IMG/VR virus record: IMGVR_UViG_3300030381_000254
Location: 69,982-133,981 of that record
DNA length: 64,000 nucleotides
Strand: one strand, 5' to 3'
Source: a virus
The notes beneath the pieces are model-generated. The model did not search any database and was not told the DNA's origin. It was given only the letters and a program-made list of their open reading frames with translations. Within the stretch, counting starts at the first letter, position 1. Each line of letters begins with the position of its first letter. Below are positions 1 to 9,549 of the stretch, piece after piece. The position numbers were made by a program, and so were the translations under genes.

Positions 1-893
1 AATTAACTTTTACATATTTATTATTCAAATCCTTCAGTAGTATATTTTTATATTCATGAAAATATTCTAATATAGTTTTTTTATATCTTCCTTTTTTCCC
101 ATAATCTTTCTCTGCAAATCTATAAATTTCGTCAAGCATATTTTTATTTATATAATAGATACAGCTATTACTTGGATCTACTATAGTTCTTTGTGATAAA
201 TTTAAGGTGTTATTATTATCATATCCCCATCTATTATGATGACAAATAAACTCATTAGTAGAAAAATTATATGATATATCAGAAAAACAATCATCGCTAT
301 CAAGTCTAGCAAGATCTATATCATCATTAGGAAGCGGGTAGCTATAAAGTTCTATATCTACATTTCCTATATTTCCCCCAAATTCAATTGTAACTATGGC
401 TTTAGGGCTATTAGTACCATCATTTTCATTTAATATATAAAATCCAATTGGCTCATCTGAATTATCATTTCCAGTAAATAACCATGAATTTTTAGAAAAG
501 ATAAAACTTTTCATTGACTCTTTAGATTCTATTATTTCCGAAAAAATGTCGCTAGAATTATGATCTATCTCAATAGGATTAGTTTCATCATATAGTACTT
601 TATTAGCACCCGTCATTTCTTGTACTATGTCAAATAGTTTTTTTAATTTTTTATTATTACTATTACTCCTCGAAAGTATCCCAACTACATATTGTAGTTT
701 TGTCATACAATCATTATACTTTTCCCATTCCCAACCAAAGTCTCTACTTGGTATCTCTAAATCCCCGTTGGAATTTAATTTTAGGGTTTCATCTACTGTA
801 TAATCTTTTTTAGTACTAATAACTACACTATGAGACGAGCTACTATTCGTTTCAGGTAATTTTTCTCTGATAATTCTTTTAATACCTTTCATA
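1..893 (-). CDS. Hypothetical protein, 5'-partial; the ORF starts at the ATG at 891-893 (minus strand) and runs off the window start
   Basis: Manual reverse-complement translation from 893 leftwards gave a continuous frame, MKGIKRIIREKLPETNSS..., with no stop by position 1. No recognisable motifs. Confidence 0.4.
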
Positions 894-950
894 TATTGAT
901 ATTGTTTATGAATTTAATAACATATATAAGGAATTAAGGTTATTAGAAGA

Positions 951-993
951 AATAAAAAAAGATCATAGATTTCCTATGATCTTTTTTTATTAT
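951..993 (-). terminator. Minus-strand terminator after lysis cassette
   Basis: Hairpin aaagatcatagatttcctatgatcttt with A and T runs on both sides. Confidence 0.55.
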
Positions 994-1349
994 TATTTGG
1001 GATTTAAATTATAAACTTTGAATATAGTATCACTATTAAAAATCACTTTATCATATTCAATACTATTTATTTTAAACAATAAACTATCATTAATTTCTAA
1101 CATAGAATATTCTTCTTTTAATTCCCAATTTCCTTTTTTATATACCTTATTACAAGTCCAATCCGTTAGTACAAATATATTATTATTTTCAAAATGTATT
1201 ATATCATTGTTATCATTAATTCTCCACATTCCAATAAGTTGATCTTCTGATACATTAATTGTATTTGTACAACTTATTATGATTGATATAAGAACAGACA
1301 ACACTATTATAACATAATTAGTTATATCTTTCATTTTATTATAGTCCAA
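993..1349 (-). CDS. Small secreted or lipoprotein-like protein, 118 aa
   Basis: The N-terminus has a hydrophobic segment followed by Cys (IIISC), which looks like a signal peptide plus lipobox. It sits immediately downstream of the holin and peptidase, so it could be a lysis accessory or spanin-like protein. Confidence 0.45.
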   Translation of the reverse strand: MDYNKMKDITNYVIIVLSVLISIIISCTNTINVSEDQLIGMWRINDNNDIIHFENNNIFVLTDWTCNKVYKKGNWELKEEYSMLEINDSLLFKINSIEYDKVIFNSDTIFKVYNLNPK

Positions 1350-1915
1350 GCCTCCTTAACTACTTGAAAATCATTAAATGGTAAATACCAGTACCCATAC
1401 TCTCCATATGAATATCCCCAAGAATTTTTAATAATTAAAGAATCCTGATTATATCCGACCACTGCCACAGCATGTCCTATATTTTGTGCAGTTGGTCCAT
1501 TCCAAAAATCTGTTCTATCTGTATCTCTAACCGTCATTGCAATAAGAGCTGGTCCATTAGCTAGTATAGACTGCTTTAATGAATCTAGTGTTGATATTCT
1601 AGAAAACATCTTTATTCTTCCTTCATCAGATAATATCTTAAATCCTTCAGCTGGTTGCATACCATCTAAACTTTTATCTGATCTCTTATCATATACGTAT
1701 GTATATGGAATATCTAATTTTCTTCCATGAGATATCTGATAAAAATTATACATCTCAGAGATACTACAGCTAACACAAGATCCCTTACTTCCTTGGTCCC
1801 ATACTTCGCCTAAATCTTTAAGTTTATATTCTTTGGGTAATTCACAAACTTCAGGATTATATTCTTTATAAGATTCTAAGTTATCTGTTTTAATATAACC
1901 ATAAAAACGTTTCAT
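1331..1915 (-). CDS. Papain-like (C1-type) cysteine peptidase, candidate endolysin or lysis peptidase
   Basis: QGSKGSC places Gln six residues before Cys, as in papain Q19/C25. His in NIGHAVAVVGY lies 16 residues before the Asn of NSWG, as in papain H159/N175-S-W177. The WGxxYGExGY tail is also present. The gene is adjacent to the holin. Confidence 0.7.
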   Translation of the reverse strand: MKRFYGYIKTDNLESYKEYNPEVCELPKEYKLKDLGEVWDQGSKGSCVSCSISEMYNFYQISHGRKLDIPYTYVYDKRSDKSLDGMQPAEGFKILSDEGRIKMFSRISTLDSLKQSILANGPALIAMTVRDTDRTDFWNGPTAQNIGHAVAVVGYNQDSLIIKNSWGYSYGEYGYWYLPFNDFQVVKEAWTIIK

Positions 1916-1930
1916 AGATTAATTTTTAAA

Positions 1931-2254
1931 TTATTTACTATCACTACTACTTATTTTAATTTTTTCAAAAATAAGTTTTAATAACTGTTGTACTACATTA
2001 ATATCCCAAATACCATTAGATGCAAGTCCTGCAAAAACTCCTATAATTAAAGATTGCCACCAATTTACATCAGCAAACACTCCAAGATTAAAGAATTGTC
2101 CAAATAATGCTATTAATAAAGCAACTATCCAAGATATTAATTGATTTGCCCAACTAGGTAATTCTTTTTTAATCAAACTTTTAATTCCTTCAGTTACTAC
2201 TGGAATTAATGCCACTACTGCAGCAAAAGTTTCAAAACATGATACAATATCCAT
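1931..2254 (-). CDS. Holin, phage_holin_4 / phiLC3-like family
   Basis: 107 aa with two or three TM segments and a charged C-terminus. The pattern LIPVVTEGIKSLIKK...GVFAGLASNGIWD resembles Gram-positive phage holins. It lies next to the peptidase gene. Confidence 0.6.
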   Translation of the reverse strand: MDIVSCFETFAAVVALIPVVTEGIKSLIKKELPSWANQLISWIVALLIALFGQFFNLGVFADVNWWQSLIIGVFAGLASNGIWDINVVQQLLKLIFEKIKISSSDSK

Positions 2255-2258
2255 ACTA

Positions 2259-2579
2259 TTACTCCTTTCTAAATTTTATAAAATAAATACTGTCATCTTT
2301 TTCTCTTGTTACTGAAAATATGTATGTAGTATCTTCTTTTTGAATATACTTAACATATTGTTCTGTTATAACAGAGTCAGATCCAAAATACATACTTTTA
2401 CTCCAATTATAAAAGTTACTTTCAGGGATTAGATTACTAGCGCAAATACTATCAATTACATTTTCTGGAGTATTTGTATATATTTCGAAAAAAGTAGTTA
2501 AAAACTTTCTTTTAGTTGCACAAGATACAATAAAAAGAATAAAAATAGTTAATAATACTGAATATATAACTTTCTTCAT
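2259..2579 (-). CDS. Lipoprotein-like small protein, 106 aa
   Basis: MKKVIYSVLLTIFILFIVSC has a signal peptide and lipobox-like Cys. Confidence 0.45.
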   Translation of the reverse strand: MKKVIYSVLLTIFILFIVSCATKRKFLTTFFEIYTNTPENVIDSICASNLIPESNFYNWSKSMYFGSDSVITEQYVKYIQKEDTTYIFSVTREKDDSIYFIKFRKE

Positions 2580-2594
2580 AATAATTATACTATA

Positions 2595-5324
2595 TTATAC
2601 ATCGAAAAAACCATCTGTAGATGATACTTTCTTAAATTTAACTTCATTACTTTCTCCAAGAGATAATTGATCTCTAGTAACATTATGAGGATTATTACTA
2701 TTGCTTATATGAGAATCTATCTTATCGGAAATTAATTTTATTTGTGAATCTAATGCTTTAAGACAATCAATTATAGTTGTTTTTCCATTTAAATAATTTG
2801 TTCCAGATAAACTTGGTAAAGATCCGTCTTCTGAAGTTCCAATAGTATCTTTTACTTTTTCAATAGAACTTTTTATACTACTTAACTCACTATTTAAATT
2901 ATATACATTACTTATTTGTATTGCTTTATATCCAGAATTAGATAAAAAACTTTCCCCAGTTCCATCAAAAATAATTTTATCTAATTTTATTTTATCTGCA
3001 TTATTCATGAGTCCGGGAGGATTTCCATCAACTCCAGAAACTTCACTTATAATCAAATTTCCATCACTAGAAGGATATAGTAAATCTTTATTAGTACCCA
3101 ATTGAATAGACTTTACTACTTTTAAATTATCAATTTTTACGTCTAAATCACTTATTTTCCCCTCTAAACTACTATTAGTCTCGTCTATTTTAGTATTTAA
3201 TTGAGTATCTGCGTTTTCCCTATCAATAATTTCTTGATTAACTTTATTAGTTAACTCTGTTATTTTATTATCAATTCCTCCTATTGTAGAATCTTCTAAA
3301 TTATTTAGTCTAACTTTATCTTCCTTAGACATTAATCCATCTAATGTTTCTGTAGCATTTGGATAAAGTCTTATAGTACTATCACCAGAGTTAGAGTAGA
3401 GATATCCATATGTTCCATCATTACTGAACTTAATACCAATTTCTCCTTTATTACTTAAATTAGGAGTAGATGAATCTGGAATAATCTTACTAATAATATC
3501 TGATACAGATCCATCAATTTTATCTATAGTAACACCTAATTCTATGTCTTCATCTGTATGCTCAATATTAATTGGATAAATATTATTTTCTCTACTAACA
3601 GTTTTTATTTTTTCAGATAGATAATTAGCAGGACCGTTTGCGGTTACTTTTACTTTCCCGGATTCTTCTGGCAAAGAAGTTTTAGATATAGTTATGTTAT
3701 GTCCTTCCGATGTAATTGAAGATATATATTTATTATTCTCTTCTTCCCCATTACTAATAACTACATTAGGTATTATTAATTGGGATTTAGTAACTTTTAT
3801 AGAATGATCATTAACAGATATTCCAGTTACATAATTATTAGATATTTCTTCTCCACCAGTAATAGATAATCTTGGTAAATCTGAAGTAGTTCCTGATAAC
3901 TTAGTTCCAGAAAGATTAACACTTGATATATATTTTCCGGATTCTGCAGTAACTGACCCACTTAATGATACCTTAGACGTTTCTACTACATGTCCTAAAT
4001 CGTCTATCTTTACAGTAGTAACAAAAGAACCACTGCCTCCAGCATCATTCCCAGAGGATGGTTTATCTTGATGTGATAATGTTCTAGTAGATCCTAGATC
4101 ACCTCCTCCAACTAAACCTTTTCCTGGAAGAATAGCTATAGAGGTTTTTGCTAAATTGGATAAGGATAATCCCGAATCTTTTACTAATTTTCCAGTATTT
4201 CCATTAAAAATTGGAATATTATTGTTTACACAGCTTGACGGCCCAACTACAGCACCATCAATATTTGTTTGAACAACAGTCCAATCTGAATCATTCTTTA
4301 CAGAACCATCTTTTATACAAATAATTAAATCTCCAGGCTCTAATACTTCATCTCCTACATTTGGAGCACCTATTAAAGATAGATAAACATCTCCAGTAGT
4401 ATGAGAACTTGGCAATTCAGTTATTGTTCCACCATTACCTATAGTTCCTTTAAACCTAAGAGCTATTGCTGCCTGTATCTTATCTTGAATTTCTGCTATA
4501 ACGAATTCTGTAGTAGCTAGTTGCTTAGTATTAGTTCCTTTACTTGCTGTGGGTGCTTGTGGTACCCCTGTGAATACTGGATTATTAATAGGAGCTTTAT
4601 TATTTAACTCATCAGTTAAATTAGTAATCTGAGATATACTGTGTGTATGATCTGAAAGTGTAGTATTAATTACAACATCTCCACTAAAATCTGATCTAAC
4701 ATTACCATTAACAGCTCCTTTAATAGTTATAGATTTTGGATTTTGAAATTTAGTAGTTGTTCCTGAATTTCCTGATATATTAATCTGCTCTGGATGTACA
4801 TGATCAGCTCTTGACCAATCATTTTTTGTTCCAGGAGATCCACTACCTGAATTTATTTTTGGAGTTTCATTACTAGATAATGGAATATTAATTGTAACCT
4901 TATTAGATCCATCAAATTCTCCTGTTGAACCCCCTTGAAAAATTAATTTATTTTTTACTTTCCCTGCAGAATTAACTATACCACCACCATCAGTAAATGT
5001 TATATCATTACTAGATTTTACATGTCCTACAGTATCCCCATTAGCTAATAATAATTCATGAGAACTAAATGAATTCTCTAATGAATTAATTATAGAAGAT
5101 ATATTATCTATAGATTGAGTTGTAGCAATTACATCGAAACAAGAATCTCCAACTCCATTATCTTTACCTATTGCAAGAATTACTCTAGCATCTTCTTCAG
5201 TTTTTCCATATATTGCTACTGCAGGTTCACCTTTTTGAAATATAATATTTCTTAGAGCCTGTAGTGCTTCCTCTTCAGTACTAAAATATTCTTCATTTTT
5301 CTTTAAAACAATTCGAGCTGCCAT
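2595..5324 (-). CDS. Tail fibre or tail spike-like protein, 909 aa
   Basis: Long Ser/Gly/Thr/Asn-rich protein with a predicted beta-rich composition. It has an NPHxVT motif near the C-terminus like the giant fibre. Its N-terminal roughly 60 aa resemble the N-terminus of ORF 20736..21314 (EEAL.AL...GE..AV.Y...V.LAI.K...GD). Confidence 0.55.
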   Translation of the reverse strand: MAARIVLKKNEEYFSTEEEALQALRNIIFQKGEPAVAIYGKTEEDARVILAIGKDNGVGDSCFDVIATTQSIDNISSIINSLENSFSSHELLLANGDTVGHVKSSNDITFTDGGGIVNSAGKVKNKLIFQGGSTGEFDGSNKVTINIPLSSNETPKINSGSGSPGTKNDWSRADHVHPEQINISGNSGTTTKFQNPKSITIKGAVNGNVRSDFSGDVVINTTLSDHTHSISQITNLTDELNNKAPINNPVFTGVPQAPTASKGTNTKQLATTEFVIAEIQDKIQAAIALRFKGTIGNGGTITELPSSHTTGDVYLSLIGAPNVGDEVLEPGDLIICIKDGSVKNDSDWTVVQTNIDGAVVGPSSCVNNNIPIFNGNTGKLVKDSGLSLSNLAKTSIAILPGKGLVGGGDLGSTRTLSHQDKPSSGNDAGGSGSFVTTVKIDDLGHVVETSKVSLSGSVTAESGKYISSVNLSGTKLSGTTSDLPRLSITGGEEISNNYVTGISVNDHSIKVTKSQLIIPNVVISNGEEENNKYISSITSEGHNITISKTSLPEESGKVKVTANGPANYLSEKIKTVSRENNIYPINIEHTDEDIELGVTIDKIDGSVSDIISKIIPDSSTPNLSNKGEIGIKFSNDGTYGYLYSNSGDSTIRLYPNATETLDGLMSKEDKVRLNNLEDSTIGGIDNKITELTNKVNQEIIDRENADTQLNTKIDETNSSLEGKISDLDVKIDNLKVVKSIQLGTNKDLLYPSSDGNLIISEVSGVDGNPPGLMNNADKIKLDKIIFDGTGESFLSNSGYKAIQISNVYNLNSELSSIKSSIEKVKDTIGTSEDGSLPSLSGTNYLNGKTTIIDCLKALDSQIKLISDKIDSHISNSNNPHNVTRDQLSLGESNEVKFKKVSSTDGFFDV

Positions 5325-5378
5325 AATATATTAAAATAATAGGGAAGAGGTTATAAGTCTCCTCCCTATCTATTAATG

Positions 5379-8090
5379 TTATTTATTAAGTTGTTTCTTA
5401 AGCTCCTCTATTTCTTTCTTAAGAAGTTTAATTCCTTCAATAGCTAATATACTAAGCTTTGAATAATCTACCTCTTTTACTAAAACATAAGATTCGCCGT
5501 TAATTTCTACTTTATCAAACTTGCTAGGCTCATCTACATCAGATTCTTTTAATCTAGCTTCAGAAACTAGTTCTGGAAATTTATCTTCAACTTCTTGCGC
5601 TATAGTTCCAAAATCATTCTTTCCATTTAAGATAAATGAATCTGTAGGGATAGAACAAATATCTTCAAGAGAATGATCTAACGGTTTTATATTAGATTTC
5701 AATCTCTTATCAGAAGTTTGAAAGAATCCACTAGAAGCATTTACTCTTGTTAATGATATAGTACTATTCAAACTAAATGTATTTCCTGATAAACTTAAGT
5801 TAGTTCCAGCTGTATAAGTTTGATTATTATATGTAGCACCTTTAGTTAAAGTTAATTTAGTTCCACTAATAGATGCAGCTGTTATAGCATTACCAGTACC
5901 TGTGACTTCTACAGTTTGTACTTTAGAATTTAAAGCAGTTTGTGTAGCTGTAGATATAGGCTTATTTAAGTCACTAGTATTATCACAGTTTCCTAAACCT
6001 ACTTGAGCTTTAGTTACTCCATGAGGATTAGATTTATTTGCTATATGGTCATCTGCTTTTTTCTCTAACTTACCTAAAGCGGCATTAATACTATCTGTAG
6101 CAGCAATAGCAGATGTAGAAGTAGGTTTAGAATATCCAGTAACTTTTGCATTAGCACCAGTTATTACTGGATTAGTAGATATTTTTATACCATTAACAGT
6201 ATAATTATCTATAGTTCCTTTATTACTATTAATAGAAGACTGTAATTGATTCTCCTTTGTAGTAGCTCTAGAAACTTCAGCTTCTAATCTATCTTCTAAT
6301 TCTCCTAATGTATTTCCAGATTCAGTCGCAGTTCCTAAAATATCACTCTTAGTAGTATCTATTTTATTATCTAACTCTTTTTCTCTTGTGGTTGCTCTAC
6401 TAGTTTCTGCAGAAATTTGATTAGGTAAAGTAGTATCTAATTTTACTTTATCTGCAGCAGTCATAACACCCGCTAAAGATGATGTAGCAGAAGGTAATGT
6501 TATATTATTATTTGCTGATGCACCAGTTGATATCGTAGTTTTAGTAGCTGCAATTGCTACTGTACTAGCGTTAGGAGTTACTGCACCTAATGCAAAATTA
6601 GCAGTTGTAATTCTATCTAACTCAGTTTTGTCAGTAGAAGTCATAACACCTGCTAAAGATGATGTAGCGGCTCCTATAGAAACAGAATGTTCAGTTACAG
6701 TTCCTAAAGAATCATCTGATGAATTAGGATTAACACAAGAAAAATTTAATTTAACATCTGATGCAGATCTAGTAAACGCCGTATCATCTTTTACATGTGT
6801 TATAGCTGTCATAGCTTCTAAGTTTGTCAAAGCTATCTTATCTTTAGCAGTTACTGTACCTGCTTTAGTAGTACTAGATACTGGAAAATCAAATGTAGAA
6901 GTAGAATCTGCAGAATTTCCATTATCTTTCTTAACTGTAAAAGTAGCTTTAGATTCATTAGAAGTTACTGATATTCCACTAATATTATTAGTATTTAATC
7001 CATCTAATTTTGTTTTATCTGCAGCTGTTAATATACCAGCTTTAGACTGAGTTACTACTGGAATATCTGCAGTTTTAGTAACTACTGAAGAATTAGCACC
7101 AGCGGTTGATGATATATTCTTATAATTTAAAGTTACTGTATCTTCTGTAGTAGTAAATGTAGGAGTAGTTTCATCATCTGAATCATTTATCTTAGATATT
7201 GCTCCTAATTTATTCAACTGTTCAAGCTGATTCCTCTGATCAGCAGCTAACATTCCAGCATTAGTTAAACTAGCTGCTGGAATATCTGCAGTTTTTTCTA
7301 CAGTTGAACTAGTAGCTCCAGCTGTTGTATCAATGCATGTATAGTGAATTGTAGCCTTAGTTGCATCTGTAGTTATTACTCCACCGTCTTTTAAATGAGT
7401 AACTTCCCCTATTTTATTTAATTGATCTAATTGATCCTTTCCATCAGCTGTTAGTACCCCTGCTAAATCTCCAGTTGCAGCAGGAATATCCTCATATTTA
7501 GTTTCAATTGCACTAGTAGCTCCAGCTGTTGTACTAATACAATTATAATTAAATGTAAGTTTACTAGCTGATTTAGTAAATATTCCAGCATCTTTCATGT
7601 GAGATACTGAACCTATTTTATTTAATTGATCTAATTGATCCTTTCCATTAGCTGTTAGTACTCCAGCATTATCTCCGGTTGCAGCAGGAATAACTGCTAT
7701 TCCATCTTCACTAGTTTCTGAATTTTTCCAAGTATTATAATTCAAGGTTACATCATTTGCAGTAGTGGTAAAATTTTTTATCTTATCTGCACCATGAGAT
7801 TGAAGACTGTCAAATTCAGTATCAACATTCTGTAATTTTCTCCATCCACTAGCTTGTTTTCTATTAGCCCAATCATCTAATCTATATACACTTTTTTCCG
7901 AAATTACATACCATTCTTGACCAATTGCATCATTTCCAGTATTATTCTTAGATTTACTAAGAATTGCATCGGACAATTTATATAGTGCTTCCAGATTAGC
8001 AACTGTTCTATGACCTTGAATATGATCTGCAAACACTATACCAAATTCATCAGTATTTGCAGACTCAAGTGTTCCAGGATAACGTGCCAT
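5379..8090 (-). CDS. Tail fibre protein with C-terminal intramolecular chaperone (peptidase S74-like) domain, 903 aa
   Basis: The N-terminal ~90 aa are homologous to the N-terminus of the 2708-aa fibre (ANLEALYKLSDAIL...NTGNDAIGQEWYVISE). It has NPHGVTKAQVGLGN motifs and coiled-coil-like RATT(R/K)E repeats. The C-terminal 111 aa begin with SDKRLKSNI and end with an amphipathic helix (LSILAIEGIKLLKKEIEELKK), typical of auto-cleaving endosialidase-type chaperone domains. Confidence 0.65.
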   Translation of the reverse strand: MARYPGTLESANTDEFGIVFADHIQGHRTVANLEALYKLSDAILSKSKNNTGNDAIGQEWYVISEKSVYRLDDWANRKQASGWRKLQNVDTEFDSLQSHGADKIKNFTTTANDVTLNYNTWKNSETSEDGIAVIPAATGDNAGVLTANGKDQLDQLNKIGSVSHMKDAGIFTKSASKLTFNYNCISTTAGATSAIETKYEDIPAATGDLAGVLTADGKDQLDQLNKIGEVTHLKDGGVITTDATKATIHYTCIDTTAGATSSTVEKTADIPAASLTNAGMLAADQRNQLEQLNKLGAISKINDSDDETTPTFTTTEDTVTLNYKNISSTAGANSSVVTKTADIPVVTQSKAGILTAADKTKLDGLNTNNISGISVTSNESKATFTVKKDNGNSADSTSTFDFPVSSTTKAGTVTAKDKIALTNLEAMTAITHVKDDTAFTRSASDVKLNFSCVNPNSSDDSLGTVTEHSVSIGAATSSLAGVMTSTDKTELDRITTANFALGAVTPNASTVAIAATKTTISTGASANNNITLPSATSSLAGVMTAADKVKLDTTLPNQISAETSRATTREKELDNKIDTTKSDILGTATESGNTLGELEDRLEAEVSRATTKENQLQSSINSNKGTIDNYTVNGIKISTNPVITGANAKVTGYSKPTSTSAIAATDSINAALGKLEKKADDHIANKSNPHGVTKAQVGLGNCDNTSDLNKPISTATQTALNSKVQTVEVTGTGNAITAASISGTKLTLTKGATYNNQTYTAGTNLSLSGNTFSLNSTISLTRVNASSGFFQTSDKRLKSNIKPLDHSLEDICSIPTDSFILNGKNDFGTIAQEVEDKFPELVSEARLKESDVDEPSKFDKVEINGESYVLVKEVDYSKLSILAIEGIKLLKKEIEELKKQLNK

Positions 8091-8116
8091 ATTATATTAT
8101 TATTTAAATAAGTTCA

Positions 8117-8560
8117 TTAAGATTTAATTTTCATATAAAATACTCTATATTTAGCATTTCCACATCTATATGCTTCAACACCACCAACTACAATAGATAC
8201 TCCATATTTAGGACCGCCTGTAATAAGTTGTGCGTTTCCAGTAGGCTTATAGCAAACGCAATTAGACCACATTCCAGCATTAGTATCGTAATATACAATA
8301 GAGATTATCATATTTTCATATCCTTCTTCGGGCTCAGGTAAATTTATACTACTTATTACTCCATCACTGTCAGAAGTCCCTTCAATATATTCTATTTTCT
8401 GCGAATCTATATTGTTAGATGAATTATAATACTGTCCATGTGTATATATCTGATTAGTATCTTTAATAAAACATACCGATGTTTGGGATATTAGTCCGGC
8501 ATCTAAATCTGATTTAAAAGTATTATACGTATTATAATGAACTAATATATTTTCAATCAT
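8117..8560 (-). CDS. Hypothetical protein in tail fibre module, 147 aa
   Basis: ORF with fibre-module context only. Confidence 0.4.
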   Translation of the reverse strand: MIENILVHYNTYNTFKSDLDAGLISQTSVCFIKDTNQIYTHGQYYNSSNNIDSQKIEYIEGTSDSDGVISSINLPEPEEGYENMIISIVYYDTNAGMWSNCVCYKPTGNAQLITGGPKYGVSIVVGGVEAYRCGNAKYRVFYMKIKS

Positions 8561-8565
8561 TTTTA

Positions 8566-9549
8566 TTATTTAAAGTCTAATTTAACATTTTGGAATGCAC
8601 CTTTATTTTTAGAGGTGTATACATAATAAGTGATAGCTAAACCAGCATTATTAGTAACACTAACTTCAGTTCTATTAAAATCCTCAAGTACAGGTGCAGC
8701 ACCATTTTGTACAGCAGTAGTTAGTGCTCCAAGATCTTTTGGAAATGCATAACAATAATATTCTGTACTTTGTGCTGTAACTCCAGAAACTGATAAGTCG
8801 TTATTATTAGATAATTTTGATCCAGCCAAAGCTTTCACTTGACTTTGATTAGGAGCGCTTGCTGTAGTTACTCCATAATACAACTTTGACCATATATTAA
8901 TAGATACTTGATCAGAAGTATTATCATTTCCAGTAGCTTCTACTACAGAAGAACCACTAACCATAAATCCTTTTTTCTTTGCAGTTAGAGTTTCTTTTAT
9001 TGTTCTAGAAGCTGTTATATTATCTATAGTAACAGGATCAGATAGTACATCTGTAGTAGGAAGTTTTGTTCCTAAATCACCACTACAAGATGTAGGGGCT
9101 TTATTAGTAGTTGTCTTTGACCATTTAAATTGTCCAACATACTTTGCTTTATAACCTCTTTCAATAGTAATTGATTTAGCATGTTCATCAGATACTCCTA
9201 CTTCTTCTTTAGTAGCTTCTTCTCCAGAATTATCTTTGAATGTCCAAGTTCCTGATATTGAAGGAGTAGCTAATAATCTATCGGCAAATAATCTAGTATC
9301 TAGTGCCCAAGTAACTTCCCCTTCTTCACTTATAGATTGAACATAATATCCAGTTTCTTCATCTGTTACTAATACTTTAGCTCCAACTTCCAATCTTTCA
9401 ACTGGAATAGCATCTCTATCAGAAATTGACTTTACTGATTTAAATCCACCCATTCCATATATAGCGGAATGAGTAGGATAAACATCAGCTGTATTAGATG
9501 GAACGATGCCCGAATAGAGCACCGTTCCTTTTAAATTATTATTTGGCAT
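8566..9549 (-). CDS. Tail fibre-associated protein with shared C-terminal module, 327 aa
   Basis: The C-terminal ~70 aa (YYCYAFPKDLG...AGLAITYYVYTS...FQNVKLDFK) are homologous to the C-termini of 9549..17675 and 17687..19180. Confidence 0.5.
   Translation of the reverse strand: MPNNNLKGTVLYSGIVPSNTADVYPTHSAIYGMGGFKSVKSISDRDAIPVERLEVGAKVLVTDEETGYYVQSISEEGEVTWALDTRLFADRLLATPSISGTWTFKDNSGEEATKEEVGVSDEHAKSITIERGYKAKYVGQFKWSKTTTNKAPTSCSGDLGTKLPTTDVLSDPVTIDNITASRTIKETLTAKKKGFMVSGSSVVEATGNDNTSDQVSINIWSKLYYGVTTASAPNQSQVKALAGSKLSNNNDLSVSGVTAQSTEYYCYAFPKDLGALTTAVQNGAAPVLEDFNRTEVSVTNNAGLAITYYVYTSKNKGAFQNVKLDFK

Noticed and set aside
6628-7050. 140-aa ORF antisense inside the fibre gene. The same issue applies to the other short ORFs that overlap larger genes on the opposite strand or sit inside introns: 1018..1242, 21340..21531, 22297..22497, 24736..24921, 25028..25288, 28928..29137, 32113..32340, 32456..32641, 33177..33380, 38849..39067, 41296..41496, 43070..43309, 46296..46526, 48127..48411, 55605..55802, 56285..56485, 59004..59222, 62266..62454 and 63628..63843.
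   Set aside because: All are embedded antisense in longer ORFs with clear domain signatures, or lie in intron RNA. Their compositions are low-complexity and typical of AT-rich noise. No independent start or terminator signals were seen.
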